This document shows, piece after piece, positions 39,481 to 50,918 of a DNA stretch of 64,000 nt. Location: positions 919,092-983,091 of the forward strand of contig JACKJT010000002.1 of NCBI GenBank assembly GCA_020637795.1, written 5' to 3'. The notes beneath the pieces are model-generated. The model saw only the letters and a list, made by a program, of their open reading frames with translations. It did not search any database and was not told where the DNA came from. The position numbers and the translations under genes were made by a program. The number at the start of each line of letters is the position of its first letter. Positions within the stretch are counted from its first letter, which is position 1. This DNA is from Hoeflea sp. Lineage in GTDB: Bacteria > Pseudomonadota > Alphaproteobacteria > Rhizobiales > Rhizobiaceae.

Positions 39481-40838
39481 TTGTCACCACCTTTCAGGGC
39501 TGCGATCCAGCTGGTCACGGCATTGCGGTAGGTGGCCTTGTCGACGTAGTAGGCCATGCGCGGCAGATCGATGTAGTTCATGCCGCCGGTGGCGCGCGTG
39601 AACCCGGCCGCCTTTTCCTCGCGCAGCGCCTTGGCCGCCATCTTGCCTTTCTTGAGACTGGCAATGTAGCGCGCCACCATCTCGGCCTGCTCGTGCCGTC
39701 CCTGCCAGCCGAGCCCGGAAGCCTCCACCATGCCAAGCACGAACAGGTCGTCACGCTCGGGGTGCAGACAGTTCAAAAACAGGTGCGGCGCATCGCCCTG
39801 CCAGTTGAGCAAAGCCTTGTCGATGAACGGATAATGCAGCTTGTAGCCGGTCGCAGCCAGAATCAGATCGTAATCGGCCTGGCCGCCATCCTTGAAATGC
39901 ACCGTGTTGCCATCGAACCGGTCGATATCCGGACGCACCGTGATGTCGCCATGCCCGGCATGAAACAGGATCAGCGAATTGACCACGGGGTGGGATTCGT
40001 AAAGCGCGTAGTCCGGCTTCGGAAACCCGTATTTGGACGGGTCTCCGACAAACCATTTCAGGATCATGCCATCGACCCGGCGCTTGAGCCACATCGGCAG
40101 CTTGATCTTGCCCCCCATCGTGTCGGCGGGCCGGCCGAACACGTATTTCGGCACGAAATAGTAGCCGCGCCGCATCGAGATATCGCAAGCTTTGCCGTGA
40201 TGGATGGCATCCACCGCAATGTCGCAGCCCGAATTGCCGGCGCCGATGATCAGCACCCGCTTGCCCTTGAATATCTCTGGGTCCCGGTAGGCGCTCGAAT
40301 GCATCAGTTCGCCGGAAAAAGTGCCCTTGAATTCGGGCATGTTCGGTTCCGACAGGGTGCCATTGGCGATCAGCACCCCGGCAAATTCCGCCTGATGCTC
40401 ACTGCCGTCGGCTTCCCGCCAGGTCACCCGCCAGCCCTCGCCGGACTTGCCGAGCGGTTCCGCCGACAGCACTTCCGCGCCGAACCGGAAATGCTCATAG
40501 ATCCCGAAATGATCGGCGAACCTGCGGAAATAGTCCTTGAGTTCGCGGTGCGAAGGATACTCCGCCACCGTGGCATCCATCGGAAAATCCGTGAATTCGG
40601 TCATCGTCTTCGACGAGATCAGGTGCGCGGTCTCGTACATGGTCGATTTCGGCCCGTCGATGTCCCACAGCCCGCCGACATCGGAATGCAGCTCGAAACC
40701 CCGGAACGGGATGCCCTGTTCGATCAGCGTCTTGGCCATCGCCAGCCCCATCGGACCCGCGCCGATCAAGGCATAATGATTGCGCAAATCTTCCGCATCG
40801 GCCGCATCCTGCCCGGCCGTTTCAACTCTCGTGTCCAA
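39477..40838 (-). CDS. Flavin-containing monooxygenase (class B)
   Basis: GAGPMG, FSGELMHSSAY (FxGxxxHxxxY), GAGNSG and ATGY motifs. Confidence 0.9.
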   Translation of the reverse strand: MDTRVETAGQDAADAEDLRNHYALIGAGPMGLAMAKTLIEQGIPFRGFELHSDVGGLWDIDGPKSTMYETAHLISSKTMTEFTDFPMDATVAEYPSHRELKDYFRRFADHFGIYEHFRFGAEVLSAEPLGKSGEGWRVTWREADGSEHQAEFAGVLIANGTLSEPNMPEFKGTFSGELMHSSAYRDPEIFKGKRVLIIGAGNSGCDIAVDAIHHGKACDISMRRGYYFVPKYVFGRPADTMGGKIKLPMWLKRRVDGMILKWFVGDPSKYGFPKPDYALYESHPVVNSLILFHAGHGDITVRPDIDRFDGNTVHFKDGGQADYDLILAATGYKLHYPFIDKALLNWQGDAPHLFLNCLHPERDDLFVLGMVEASGLGWQGRHEQAEMVARYIASLKKGKMAAKALREEKAAGFTRATGGMNYIDLPRMAYYVDKATYRNAVTSWIAALKGGDK

Positions 40839-40883
40839 CTGTCCCCCTCCCTGGCTTCAGTGGATTTCTTCTTCGACTCATTA

Positions 40884-40899
40884 TTGAACGATCGTTCAA
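40884..40899. promoter_or_regulatory. TetR operator between the FMO operon and tetR
   Basis: Perfect palindrome TTGAACGATCGTTCAA. Confidence 0.78.
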
Positions 40900-40917
40900 A
40901 ATAAGGCAAGATGAATC

Positions 40918-41604
40918 ATGAGCCAAGAGTCACCAGCCGCCGCCCGAGCGGACCAGCCGCGCCGCCGCGCCGTTTCCAAACGGTCGCTGGCCACCAGCCT
41001 GAGCATCCTCGATGCAGCCGAACGGCTGTTTGCCGAGCGCGGCTATGACGGTGCCTCGGTGCGCGATATCGCCAGCGCCGCCGGCGCGCAGATCGCCTCG
41101 ATCAGCTTTCACCATGTCGGCAAGGAAACCCTGTTCGAGCGCGTTGTCGAACGGCGGGCTTCGGAACTGTCGCAGTTGCGGCTTGATGCGCTGTCGGCGC
41201 TGAAGGCGAAGGCTGAGTCGCTCACGCTTGAGGCCCTGCTCTCGGCTTTCTTGCGTCCCTATCTGGAAAAGGCCGGCGCCGGCGACCCGCAATGGCTGGC
41301 CTATGCGCGGCTTGTGGCTATGGTCTCGGCCGACATCCGCTGGCACCGGATCTCCGAGCGCTGTTTCGACCCGACCGCCGGGGTCTTCATCGCCGAGATC
41401 GCAAAGCTGTTTCCGCAGGCCGACAGGTCGGCCATCGCGGTGAGCTTCATCTTCTCGGTCTCGGCCATGCTGTCGCTGTCGACCTCGCAATGGCGCATCG
41501 AGGCGCTGTCCGCGGCTGCCGGCAACCGGCCAGCCATGGACCGGCTCGCCGATCAGCTGGTCAGCTTCTGCGAAGCAGGCATGCGCGCGGCGCTTGAAGG
41601 CTGA
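40918..41604 (+). CDS. TetR-family regulator
   Basis: ILDAAERLFAERGYDGASVRDIA HTH. Confidence 0.9.
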   Translation: MSQESPAAARADQPRRRAVSKRSLATSLSILDAAERLFAERGYDGASVRDIASAAGAQIASISFHHVGKETLFERVVERRASELSQLRLDALSALKAKAESLTLEALLSAFLRPYLEKAGAGDPQWLAYARLVAMVSADIRWHRISERCFDPTAGVFIAEIAKLFPQADRSAIAVSFIFSVSAMLSLSTSQWRIEALSAAAGNRPAMDRLADQLVSFCEAGMRAALEG

Positions 41605-41641
41605 CGCCCGCCTGTCAGCCCCGCACTCTGTCCCGCAACGG

Positions 41642-41911
41642 TCAGTTCAGCAGGATTTCGCCGTCCACCCGCCGCCACTCGTTCGGTCCAATCAGCTTCT
41701 GGTGCGCATACCGGACCGAATGCAGCTTGCCGTCCAGCCGGGCTTCCCAGAAATCGAGAAACTTGCGCATTCCCGGAAACTCCGGCGCAAGATCGTACTC
41801 CTGCCAGATGAAGGTTTGCAGCAGCGACTGGAAATCGGGAAGCCGGTAGTAGATATGCGCGGTGGTCAGGCCGTAGCCCTCCATCTGCCGTTCGAACTCA
41901 GGTGAAACCAT
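41642..41911 (-). CDS. usg: Usg-family protein
   Basis: GYGLTTAHIYYRLPD...LLQTFIWQEYDLAP...FLDFW...LHSV. Confidence 0.88.
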   Translation of the reverse strand: MVSPEFERQMEGYGLTTAHIYYRLPDFQSLLQTFIWQEYDLAPEFPGMRKFLDFWEARLDGKLHSVRYAHQKLIGPNEWRRVDGEILLN

Positions 41912-42007
41912 TGTCTTGTGGACCTCCTGTTCTTCAACGGGAAAATGACAGCAAATGACAATTGATTTGGCAAGAAAAATCGAATATTTCCATGAATATT
42001 CAATGTA

Positions 42008-42034
42008 TTAGCAGCCAACCAGCGTGAGTGCTGA
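42008..42034. promoter_or_regulatory. Degenerate CIRCE (HrcA operator)
   Basis: TTAGCAGCC-N9-GAGTGCTGA versus consensus TTAGCACTC-N9-GAGTGCTAA. Confidence 0.8.
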
Positions 42035-42051
42035 TTTTTTCGATTCAGGCT

Positions 42052-42080
42052 CTTGAAAACGGCTTTTTCAAAAACCAAAT
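42052..42080 (+). promoter_or_regulatory. RpoH (sigma32)-type promoter of groESL
   Basis: CTTGAA-N17-CCAAAT. Confidence 0.65.
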
Positions 42081-42185
42081 CGTCTGCCGCCAGGCGCCGT
42101 AAGCTTTCAGGGCCTGGCTTCCGCCGGGAGGCCATCGGCTCCGGGCGGAATGGGAGCCAATACAATGTTTGTCTAGGAGGAAAAC

Positions 42186-42500
42186 ATGAAATTCCGACCT
42201 TTGCACGACCGTATCCTTGTCCGCCGCGTTGAAAGTGACGAGCGCACCAAGGGCGGCATCATCATTCCCGACACCGCCAAGGAAAAGCCGCAGGAAGGCG
42301 AAGTCATCGCCACCGGTCCCGGCGCCCGCAACGAGCAGGGCGAGATCACAGCACTCGACGTCAAGGTGGGCGATCGCGTGCTCTTCGGCAAATGGTCCGG
42401 CACGGAAATCCGGCTCGATGGCGAAGACCTTCTGATCATGAAGGAATCCGACGTCATGGGCATCCTCGAAGCCGACGTCGCGGTCAAGGCCGCCGCCTGA
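42186..42500 (+). CDS. groES: Co-chaperonin GroES
   Basis: [12 protein letters not shown]...[16 protein letters not shown]. Confidence 0.98.
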   Translation: MKFRPLHDRILVRRVESDERTKGGIIIPDTAKEKPQEGEVIATGPGARNEQGEITALDVKVGDRVLFGKWSGTEIRLDGEDLLIMKESDVMGILEADVAVKAAA

Positions 42501-42528
42501 TCACTGCCGGAAACATTGGGAAAACTGA

Positions 42529-44166
<1,638 letters not shown>

Positions 44167-44189
44167 TCCGGCAATTGATCGACAACAGC

Positions 44190-44218
44190 AAGCCGCCTCG
44201 TTCCGGGGCGGCTTTTTT
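44190..44218 (+). terminator. Rho-independent terminator of groESL
   Basis: AAGCCGCCTCG-ttc-CGGGGCGGCTT followed by a T-tract. Confidence 0.85.
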
Positions 44219-44240
44219 CATGCGGTCAGTTCAGCCCGAT

Positions 44241-45530
44241 CTAGGACTTGTCCGCGTCCTCGCTGCTGTCTTCAATGTCGTGGTGCTTGCGGATCGAGCG
44301 CACCACCATCCAGGTAAAGCCGATCGCCACCGGCACGAACAGCGCCGACAGCATGCCGGCCTTGATTGGCAGCCCCAGACCATCCAACGGTTTCGCCAGG
44401 TATCCGAACAGCCCGACGATGTAATAGGAAATCGCCGCAACCGAGAGGCCTTCCACGGTCTGCTGCATCCTGAGCTGCAGCTTCACGCGCCGGTTCATCG
44501 AGCTTAAGAGCGCACTGTTCTGACGTTCGAGTTCGACATCGATCCAGCTCCTGAGCAGCGCCGTGGCGCGCGAGAGCTTGCGCGACAGGTTCGCCTGCCG
44601 CTCCTCGATCGACTGGCAGGTGCGCATCGCCGGCGCCAGCCGCTTTTCCAGGAACGCGCCGATGGTCTCGAACCCGGGCTGCCCGGTTTCATTCAGCGAC
44701 GCGATCCGCTCGCGCACGATGTTGTAATAGGCGCGGCTCGCGCCGAACCGGTAGAGGCTGAGCGCTGCATTGGCCTCGAGCTCGGCTGCAAGCCCGGTGA
44801 TGTCGGCCAGAAGCGTGTCGGCATGCTCGCGCGCGCCGGTCTTCATGCCTTGCGTGATCTTGGTCAGCCCGTCCTCGATGCGGCGCATCTCGGGTGACAG
44901 CGACCGCGCCAGTGACAGCCCCAGCGCCGCAAGTGTCCGGTAGGTCTCGATGTCGAGAAGCCGCTGCACCACCGCACCGCGGCCGGCATCGGTCATGCCC
45001 TTGTCGATCACCAGGATCCGCGTCAGCCCGTCGCCGTCCTGACGGAAGTCGGTGGCGATCAGCGCCTGGCCGTCCTTGACCTCGCTCAGGCACAGGCTGG
45101 TCGGGTCGAAACTCTCAAGCGCGGCCTTTGTTTCCGGCGAGTCCTGACGCACCTCCAGCCTTACGCCGGCAATCAGGCTGCCGGGCGGCGAGAACTGGTC
45201 GCCGAACGGATGCGTATCGAGCCCGTCGCCAAAACTTGCCGGCGCCGGCGCATCCCAGAAATAGGTCGAGAATTCCGTGTGCCGCTCCCAGCGCAGGGTG
45301 CCCTGGCCCCAGCCCATGGCGAAATGCGCCGCATCCCGGCCAGGGACCGCCAGGCCGCGTGCCCGGGCAAGTTCCGAAAGCACCGCGTGGTCCACCACCG
45401 ATCCGCCTTCGGTCAGGAACGCCAGCTGAAAGATGACGCGTGACTTTCCCACCAGCGCAAACGGCCGCGCATGGATTTCTCCCAGCGCTTCAGCCCGCCC
45501 CGGCGCCATAGGAAATGAAAACCTGCCCAT
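44241..45530 (-). CDS. DUF3422-family membrane-anchored protein
   Basis: EIHARPF, WERHTEFSTY, QRLLDIETYR and QQTVEGLSVAAISYY motifs. Confidence 0.85.
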   Translation of the reverse strand: MGRFSFPMAPGRAEALGEIHARPFALVGKSRVIFQLAFLTEGGSVVDHAVLSELARARGLAVPGRDAAHFAMGWGQGTLRWERHTEFSTYFWDAPAPASFGDGLDTHPFGDQFSPPGSLIAGVRLEVRQDSPETKAALESFDPTSLCLSEVKDGQALIATDFRQDGDGLTRILVIDKGMTDAGRGAVVQRLLDIETYRTLAALGLSLARSLSPEMRRIEDGLTKITQGMKTGAREHADTLLADITGLAAELEANAALSLYRFGASRAYYNIVRERIASLNETGQPGFETIGAFLEKRLAPAMRTCQSIEERQANLSRKLSRATALLRSWIDVELERQNSALLSSMNRRVKLQLRMQQTVEGLSVAAISYYIVGLFGYLAKPLDGLGLPIKAGMLSALFVPVAIGFTWMVVRSIRKHHDIEDSSEDADKS

Positions 45531-45678
45531 CGTGTCGCTGCCTCTTCCAACCGGGAACTCCCGGGACCATAGCAAACCTGGCCGGGTATGGGAGTAATTT
45601 ATGCTGCACTACACCATGATGCGAACCACTGCCACTTAGGCAACAAGCGACAATTCAACGCTGGTCAACGCTGGCAGG

Positions 45679-46050
45679 TCATAAACCCTGGCAGGGCTTG
45701 ATCCGGATCGGCTCCTGCGCCATCGCGCCCAGCTCCATGCATTCAGCATCATGGCAGAGCCGCCAGGCTGACACGGTCGCGCCGGACGAGGCGAGAACCA
45801 GTTCGGGAACCGCCGGCATCTCGGGCGTCCAGACCCACCAGCCGTCTTCGAGCCGCGCCCCCTCGCCCGGATCCATGCCGGCGCCCGAGCCCTTGACCCG
45901 CGCCTCGGTGAGCTCGAGCCCCTGCGCCGTCAGCCGCCAGCTCTCCGACCATTGGGTCTTTTCCACCGAATGGGTCCACGACAGCGTAAAAAGCGTGGTC
46001 GCGATAGCAACCATCTTGCCGCCAGCCGCAACACAGAGCGCGAGTGCCAT
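45679..46050 (-). CDS. DUF1850-family protein (TAXI-TRAP associated)
   Basis: FTLSWTHSVEKT.W.E.W...ARVKGSGAGM. Confidence 0.8.
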   Translation of the reverse strand: MALALCVAAGGKMVAIATTLFTLSWTHSVEKTQWSESWRLTAQGLELTEARVKGSGAGMDPGEGARLEDGWWVWTPEMPAVPELVLASSGATVSAWRLCHDAECMELGAMAQEPIRIKPCQGL

Positions 46051-48156
46051 TCAGGCTGCTGCCGCGCGGCCGCGCATTTGCCGCCACGCAAGACCGGCAA
46101 ACAGCGCCGTCAGCGCAAAGCCGATCTCGTCGGTGAGCGGCAGCGAGGCAATCAGGGTGAAGGCCGCGACCATCCCGAGAATCCGCAACGGCCAGCCGAG
46201 CGGACTGCCGAGGAAGCCGATCACTGCCGCACCCCACAGCCCGATAGCCAGCGCCGTCTTGGCGACGATGTAGATCACCGCCGGCACGTAGCCGATCTCG
46301 GCCGCCAGCGGCCCGCCATCCTGCAGCATCAGCGCCGGTGTGTAGACCGCCATGAACGGAATCACGAAGCCCGCGGCGGCCACCTTGATCGCCTCCATCG
46401 AGATTTTCAGCCCGTTCTCCTTGGCAATGGGTGCTGCGGCAAAACAGGCCAGCGCCACCGGCGGCGTCAGGTCGGCAAGGATGCCGAAATAGAACACGAA
46501 CATGTGGCTGACGATCAGCGGTACGCCGAGTTCCAGCAGCGCCGGGCCGGCGATCGATGAGGTGATGATGTAGTTCGGGATCGTCGGGATCCCCATGCCG
46601 AGCACGATGCAGGTGATCATCGTCAGCACCAGCGACAAAAACAGGCTCTTGTCGCCCACCGAGACGATGAACTGTCCGAACGTGTTGGCAGCCCCGGTCA
46701 GCGTCATGGTGCCGATGATGATGCCGACCACGGCGCAGGCGACACCCACCGGCAGCGCCGTTTTGGCGCCTTCGGCAAGCGAATCCCGGCAAATCGCCAA
46801 CGTTTCGCGCCCGCCTTTCGAAAACGCGTTCCAGCCGATCAGCGCCAGGACGGCCACCAGAATCACCATGATGCCGAATTGCAGGAAGGCCGCGGCCACC
46901 AGCCCGAGCCCGATCCAGAAGATCACCCGGATCGCGCCTTGCGGCAGCCCCAGCGCGATCGAGCCGCCGAGGATCAGCAGCACCGTCAGCGCCAGCCCGA
47001 CCGTGCCGGCAAACAGCGGCGTGTAGCCCGAGAACAGCAGGTAGATCAGCATCAAGAGCGGCAGCACCAGGTACCATTGCTCTTTCAGCGCCTTCATCGG
47101 CGACGGCAGCTCGTCCTTGGGCAGGCCGACCAGGTTGTGCTTGCCGGCTTCCAGATGCACCATCCAGAAGGCGGAGGCGAAATAGAGCACCGCCGGTATG
47201 ATCGCCGCCTGCACCACTTCGTAATATTCGACACCGAGTGTCTCGGCCATGATGAAGGCCACCGCCCCCATCACCGGCGGCATCAGCTGCCCGCCCATCG
47301 ACGAGGTCGATTCAACGCCTCCCGCGAAGGCTGCGCGGTAGCCGAACTTCTTCATCAGCGGAATGGTGAACTGCCCGGTGGTCACCACGTTCGCCACGCC
47401 GGATCCGGAAATCGTGCCCATCAGCCCAGACGAGATCACCGAAACCTTGGCAGCGCCGCCGCGCTTGTGGCCGACGAGGCCGAGCGAGACATCGGTAAAG
47501 AGCTGGATCATCCCGGCTTTCTCGAGAAACGAGCCGAACAGGATGAACAGGAAGATGAAGCTCGACGACACGAAGATCGGAATGCCGTAGATGCCTTCCG
47601 TGCCGTAGGCCATGTGGTCGATCACCTGGGCAAAATCGTAGCCGCGGTGATCGAACGGCGCCGGCAGGTATTCGCCGAACAGGCAATAGGCCAGGAATGC
47701 GCCGGAAATGATCGGCAGCGCCGGCCCCATGATCACCCAGGCGGCAGCGAATACGGTGCCAAGCGCAATGACGCCCAGAACGATGTCGCGTGTCAGCGGG
47801 TCACCCGCGCGCAACAACAGTTCTGTGTATTCAAACCATTGATAAAAGGCGACAACGACACCGAGGCCGGCCATGACCCAGGCCAGCGCCTTCACCGCCG
47901 GGCCGGATTTCCGCGCCAACGCCACCAGCGGGAAGGTCAGCAGCATCAGGAAGCCGACATGGATCGCCCGCACCACCTGGCTGGCAAAATCGACGATGTG
48001 GGCCGCCGTCGCTATCTGGAAGACCGAGAAGATGAGCGCAAGCCAGAACAGCAGCCGCCCCTCACGTGTCGCCGGAAAGCTTTCCGCCAGCGGATCGTGC
48101 AGGCCGAGATCGGGTTGGTTTTCCGGAACCTGATGCGGCGTCTGGTCGTGTAGCAT
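46051..48156 (-). CDS. TRAP transporter fused 4TM/12TM permease (TAXI type)
   Basis: GTISGSGVANVVTTG, GGQLMPPVMGA and LTPPVALA motifs. ATG 48156 follows GGAGG. Confidence 0.92.
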   Translation of the reverse strand: MLHDQTPHQVPENQPDLGLHDPLAESFPATREGRLLFWLALIFSVFQIATAAHIVDFASQVVRAIHVGFLMLLTFPLVALARKSGPAVKALAWVMAGLGVVVAFYQWFEYTELLLRAGDPLTRDIVLGVIALGTVFAAAWVIMGPALPIISGAFLAYCLFGEYLPAPFDHRGYDFAQVIDHMAYGTEGIYGIPIFVSSSFIFLFILFGSFLEKAGMIQLFTDVSLGLVGHKRGGAAKVSVISSGLMGTISGSGVANVVTTGQFTIPLMKKFGYRAAFAGGVESTSSMGGQLMPPVMGAVAFIMAETLGVEYYEVVQAAIIPAVLYFASAFWMVHLEAGKHNLVGLPKDELPSPMKALKEQWYLVLPLLMLIYLLFSGYTPLFAGTVGLALTVLLILGGSIALGLPQGAIRVIFWIGLGLVAAAFLQFGIMVILVAVLALIGWNAFSKGGRETLAICRDSLAEGAKTALPVGVACAVVGIIIGTMTLTGAANTFGQFIVSVGDKSLFLSLVLTMITCIVLGMGIPTIPNYIITSSIAGPALLELGVPLIVSHMFVFYFGILADLTPPVALACFAAAPIAKENGLKISMEAIKVAAAGFVIPFMAVYTPALMLQDGGPLAAEIGYVPAVIYIVAKTALAIGLWGAAVIGFLGSPLGWPLRILGMVAAFTLIASLPLTDEIGFALTALFAGLAWRQMRGRAAAA

Positions 48157-48183
48157 GCGATGTCCTCCCCAAGACACGAAATC

Positions 48184-48217
48184 CCGTGGCGGCCGCCTTC
48201 CTCAGGGGCCGCCACGG
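48184..48217. other. Intercistronic hairpin after the TAXI binding-protein gene
   Basis: CCGTGGCGGCC/GGCCGCCACGG 11-bp stem. Confidence 0.6.
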
Positions 48218-48249
48218 TCAGATGACGATGCGAGCCGGTTTGCCCGGTC

Positions 48250-49206
48250 TTACATCAGACCTTTTTCCTTGTAGTAGCGCTCGGCGCCCGGATGCAGCGG
48301 CAGCGGCATGCCGTTGAGCGCGTTCTCCAGCTTGATCTGGGCCGCTGCCTTGTGCGCGGCTTCCAGTTCCGGAAGGTTCTCGAACAACTGCTTGGTCATC
48401 TGGTAGGCAAGCTCGTCGCTGACATCGGAATGGGTGACGAGGAAGTTGACCACGGCCACGGTGCTGACATCGGCGTCCTGGCCGTTGTAGGTGCCGGCCG
48501 GAATGGTCGCGGCGATGTAGGGCGCGCCGAGCGCCTTGACCACATCCTCGGGCACGGCCACCATCTGGATGTCGATCGAGGTCGACAGGTCCTTGATCGA
48601 TGACACGCCGAGGCCGGCCGACTGCAGCGTCGCATCGAGCTGGCGGTTCTTGATCAGCTCGACCGATTCCGCGAACGGCAGGTACTCGGTCTTCGACAGG
48701 TCGTCATAGGACATGCCCGCAGCACTGAAGATCTTGCGCGCGTTGAGCTCGGTGCCGGACTTGGCAGCACCCACCGACAGGCTCTTGCCGTTCAGGTCGG
48801 CGAAGTTCTTGATGCCGGATTCCTTCGAGGCAACGATCTGGATGTAGTTCGGGTAGACCGCCGCAATGCCGCGCAGCTTGTCGAGCGGCGCCTTGAAACC
48901 GGCTTCCGGGTCGCCTTCCCAGGCGAGCTTGACCGAATCGCCGAGCGCCAGCGCCAGTTCGCCCTTGCCCTGCTGCAACAGGTTGAGGTTTTCAACCGAA
49001 GCCTTGGTCGACTGCACCTGGGTGCGAACGCCGTCGATCTTCTCGGCGTAGATCTTCGACAGGCCGACGCCGAGCGGATAGTAGACGCCCGAGGTGCCGC
49101 CGGTCAGGATGTTGACGAATTCGGAAGCCTTTGCGGGCGCCATCGACAGGCTCATGGCTGTCGCGGCCATAAGGGTGAACAGGCTTCTACGGTTGATGCT
49201 GATCAT
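48250..49206 (-). CDS. TAXI-family TRAP substrate-binding protein
   Basis: TGGTSGVYYPLG, ASVEN, SGTELNA and PLHPGA motifs. Confidence 0.92.
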   Translation of the reverse strand: MISINRRSLFTLMAATAMSLSMAPAKASEFVNILTGGTSGVYYPLGVGLSKIYAEKIDGVRTQVQSTKASVENLNLLQQGKGELALALGDSVKLAWEGDPEAGFKAPLDKLRGIAAVYPNYIQIVASKESGIKNFADLNGKSLSVGAAKSGTELNARKIFSAAGMSYDDLSKTEYLPFAESVELIKNRQLDATLQSAGLGVSSIKDLSTSIDIQMVAVPEDVVKALGAPYIAATIPAGTYNGQDADVSTVAVVNFLVTHSDVSDELAYQMTKQLFENLPELEAAHKAAAQIKLENALNGMPLPLHPGAERYYKEKGLM

Positions 49207-49276
49207 AAGGATCTCCTCCACTGTTTTCTGATTGGCGAGCCCGCGGCTTCGCAGCACTCACTTACGGATGACCGCT

Positions 49277-49292
49277 TGCAACGAACATGCCA
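49277..49292 (-). promoter_or_regulatory. Sigma54 promoter of the TAXI-TRAP operon
   Basis: Minus strand TGGCAT-GTTCG-TTGCA. Confidence 0.75.
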
Positions 49293-49343
49293 GATCCCGC
49301 TCTACAGGAATCCGGCCGTCCCGGGCAGGTCCGGATGTCGATA

Positions 49344-49393
49344 GTGGCAATTTATTGCCCACATGCAAGACCCCATGGGCACGGAGTTGCCCA
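49344..49393. promoter_or_regulatory. Tandem palindromic enhancer (bEBP UAS) sites
   Basis: GTGGCA-N6-TGCCCA (49344-49361) and TGGGCA-N6-TGCCCA (49376-49393), 32 bp apart. Confidence 0.65.
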
Positions 49394-49433
49394 CCCTGCA
49401 TCCCTGCCGCAGGATGGGAGCGTGGGGCGGCGT

Positions 49434-50825
49434 TCACCAGGCCGGCTGCGACCGCCCCAGTTCTCCCGCCGGTCGTTCCCAGCGCATACCCGCTTCGCCG
49501 AGCCTCAGCGGCGGGCTCAACCGCAGCGCCGGCCCCCAATCGGTCAGTTCCACGTCCGGCGCATAATCGGTCGGCTCCGCCTTGCCGATCGGGTCGGCAA
49601 CCGGGCCTTGGCGATGCGCTGCCAGAAACCCGCCGACCCGCGAAAGCGATGTGCGCCAGCGCGATCCTGTGCCCTGTGTCTGGCGAAGGGTCAGTCCGCG
49701 CACCACGGCGGCGGCAAGCAGGTAGCCCGTGCCATGGTCCAGCGCCTGAACCGGCAGCGGCACCGGCCGCTCGGCCCCGGCGGCGGCCATCCCGGCCTCG
49801 GCAATGCCGGAGCTCATCTGCACCAGGCTGTCGAAGCCGCGCCGGTTGGCCCACGGCCCGGTCCAGCCATAGGCGTCGTGCGACACGTCGATCAGGCCGG
49901 GGCGGATGCCGGCGCGGACCTCGGTGCCAAGTCCCAGCGCCTCCATCGCGTCCGGACGATAGCCGTGCACCAGCACGTCGGCCTCCGAAAGCAGTGCCTT
50001 GAAGCGTTCCTGACCGGCCGTGTCCTTCAGGTCGAGCCGCGCGCAGCGCTTGCCGGGCGTCACGTCCGGAACCACACCGGGTTCCTCCCAGGATGGCGGA
50101 TCGATCCGCAGCACGTCTGCTCCGAACCCGGCGAGAAACCGTGTCGCCACCGGCCCCGCCAGCACGCGGGTCAGATCCAGCACCCTGATCCCCTCGAGCG
50201 GCCGTGACGGGTTGAATTCCCCGGCAAATGCCGCCGCGGCATCGCCCGCATCCATCCGCATCAGCGGTTCGGCCAGCACCGCGCGGCCCTGCGGGTGCTC
50301 GGCCCAATCACGCATGCTGCGCATCACCGCCGCACAACCGCCTTCGGCAACGATGGCGGCTTCCAGCTCGTCGCCGCGCCACCGGGCCACCGCCGCTGTC
50401 ACCGCGTCGCGGTCCGCAGCAGTCCCCAGCACCTTCAGCGCCGCCGCGCGATGGTGCGGCGCATTGGTGTGCAGCCGGATCCAGCCGTCGGACGAGGCAT
50501 AGTCCCCGGCGACCGGATCCCAGGCCGGCGGCAGCGCCCAGCCCTGCGGTGCGATCGAGAACCCGAACCACAATGATGCCAGCCGCCGGTCGACGCTGAC
50601 CGGCGGCATCTGCCCCGATCGCGCGTCGGTCCATTCGGCAAGCGCCAGCCCCGCCACGGCCACGGCCGCCGTCGCGAAATCGCTCACCGCAAAGACCGAC
50701 GGCAGCGAGCCCTGACCGGAAATTTCAACGCTTTCGGACATATCCGGAGCCCCGCCGAGCGCGCTCCAGAGCGCTGATGTCATCGCATGTGCAGTCGTCG
50801 ATCGATCTTTTAATTCTTCCGGCAT
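49434..50825 (-). CDS. Family III (CaiB/BaiF) CoA-transferase
   Basis: LEGIRVLDLTRVLAGP, GADVLRID and RRGFD (catalytic Asp) motifs. Confidence 0.88.
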   Translation of the reverse strand: MPEELKDRSTTAHAMTSALWSALGGAPDMSESVEISGQGSLPSVFAVSDFATAAVAVAGLALAEWTDARSGQMPPVSVDRRLASLWFGFSIAPQGWALPPAWDPVAGDYASSDGWIRLHTNAPHHRAAALKVLGTAADRDAVTAAVARWRGDELEAAIVAEGGCAAVMRSMRDWAEHPQGRAVLAEPLMRMDAGDAAAAFAGEFNPSRPLEGIRVLDLTRVLAGPVATRFLAGFGADVLRIDPPSWEEPGVVPDVTPGKRCARLDLKDTAGQERFKALLSEADVLVHGYRPDAMEALGLGTEVRAGIRPGLIDVSHDAYGWTGPWANRRGFDSLVQMSSGIAEAGMAAAGAERPVPLPVQALDHGTGYLLAAAVVRGLTLRQTQGTGSRWRTSLSRVGGFLAAHRQGPVADPIGKAEPTDYAPDVELTDWGPALRLSPPLRLGEAGMRWERPAGELGRSQPAW

Positions 50826-50878
50826 GGCAAGGCTCCTTTCGGTTTCGAACTTCACACAACCGCCAATTCCGGATATCG

Positions 50879-50901
50879 TCAATATTGATCATATAAATCA
50901 A
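50879..50901. promoter_or_regulatory. Candidate operator between the CoA-transferase and HTH-citrate synthase genes
   Basis: TCAATATTGA palindrome overlapping TTGAT-N7-ATCAA. Confidence 0.55.
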
Positions 50902-50918
50902 CTATCAGGTTTTCAGCC

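Noticed and set aside
45601-45617. PhaR-like TGCTGCAC box upstream of DUF3422
   Set aside because: Second half-site mismatched; single weak match.
50885-50901. FNR/FixK box
   Set aside because: The spacer is 7 nt, not the required 4.
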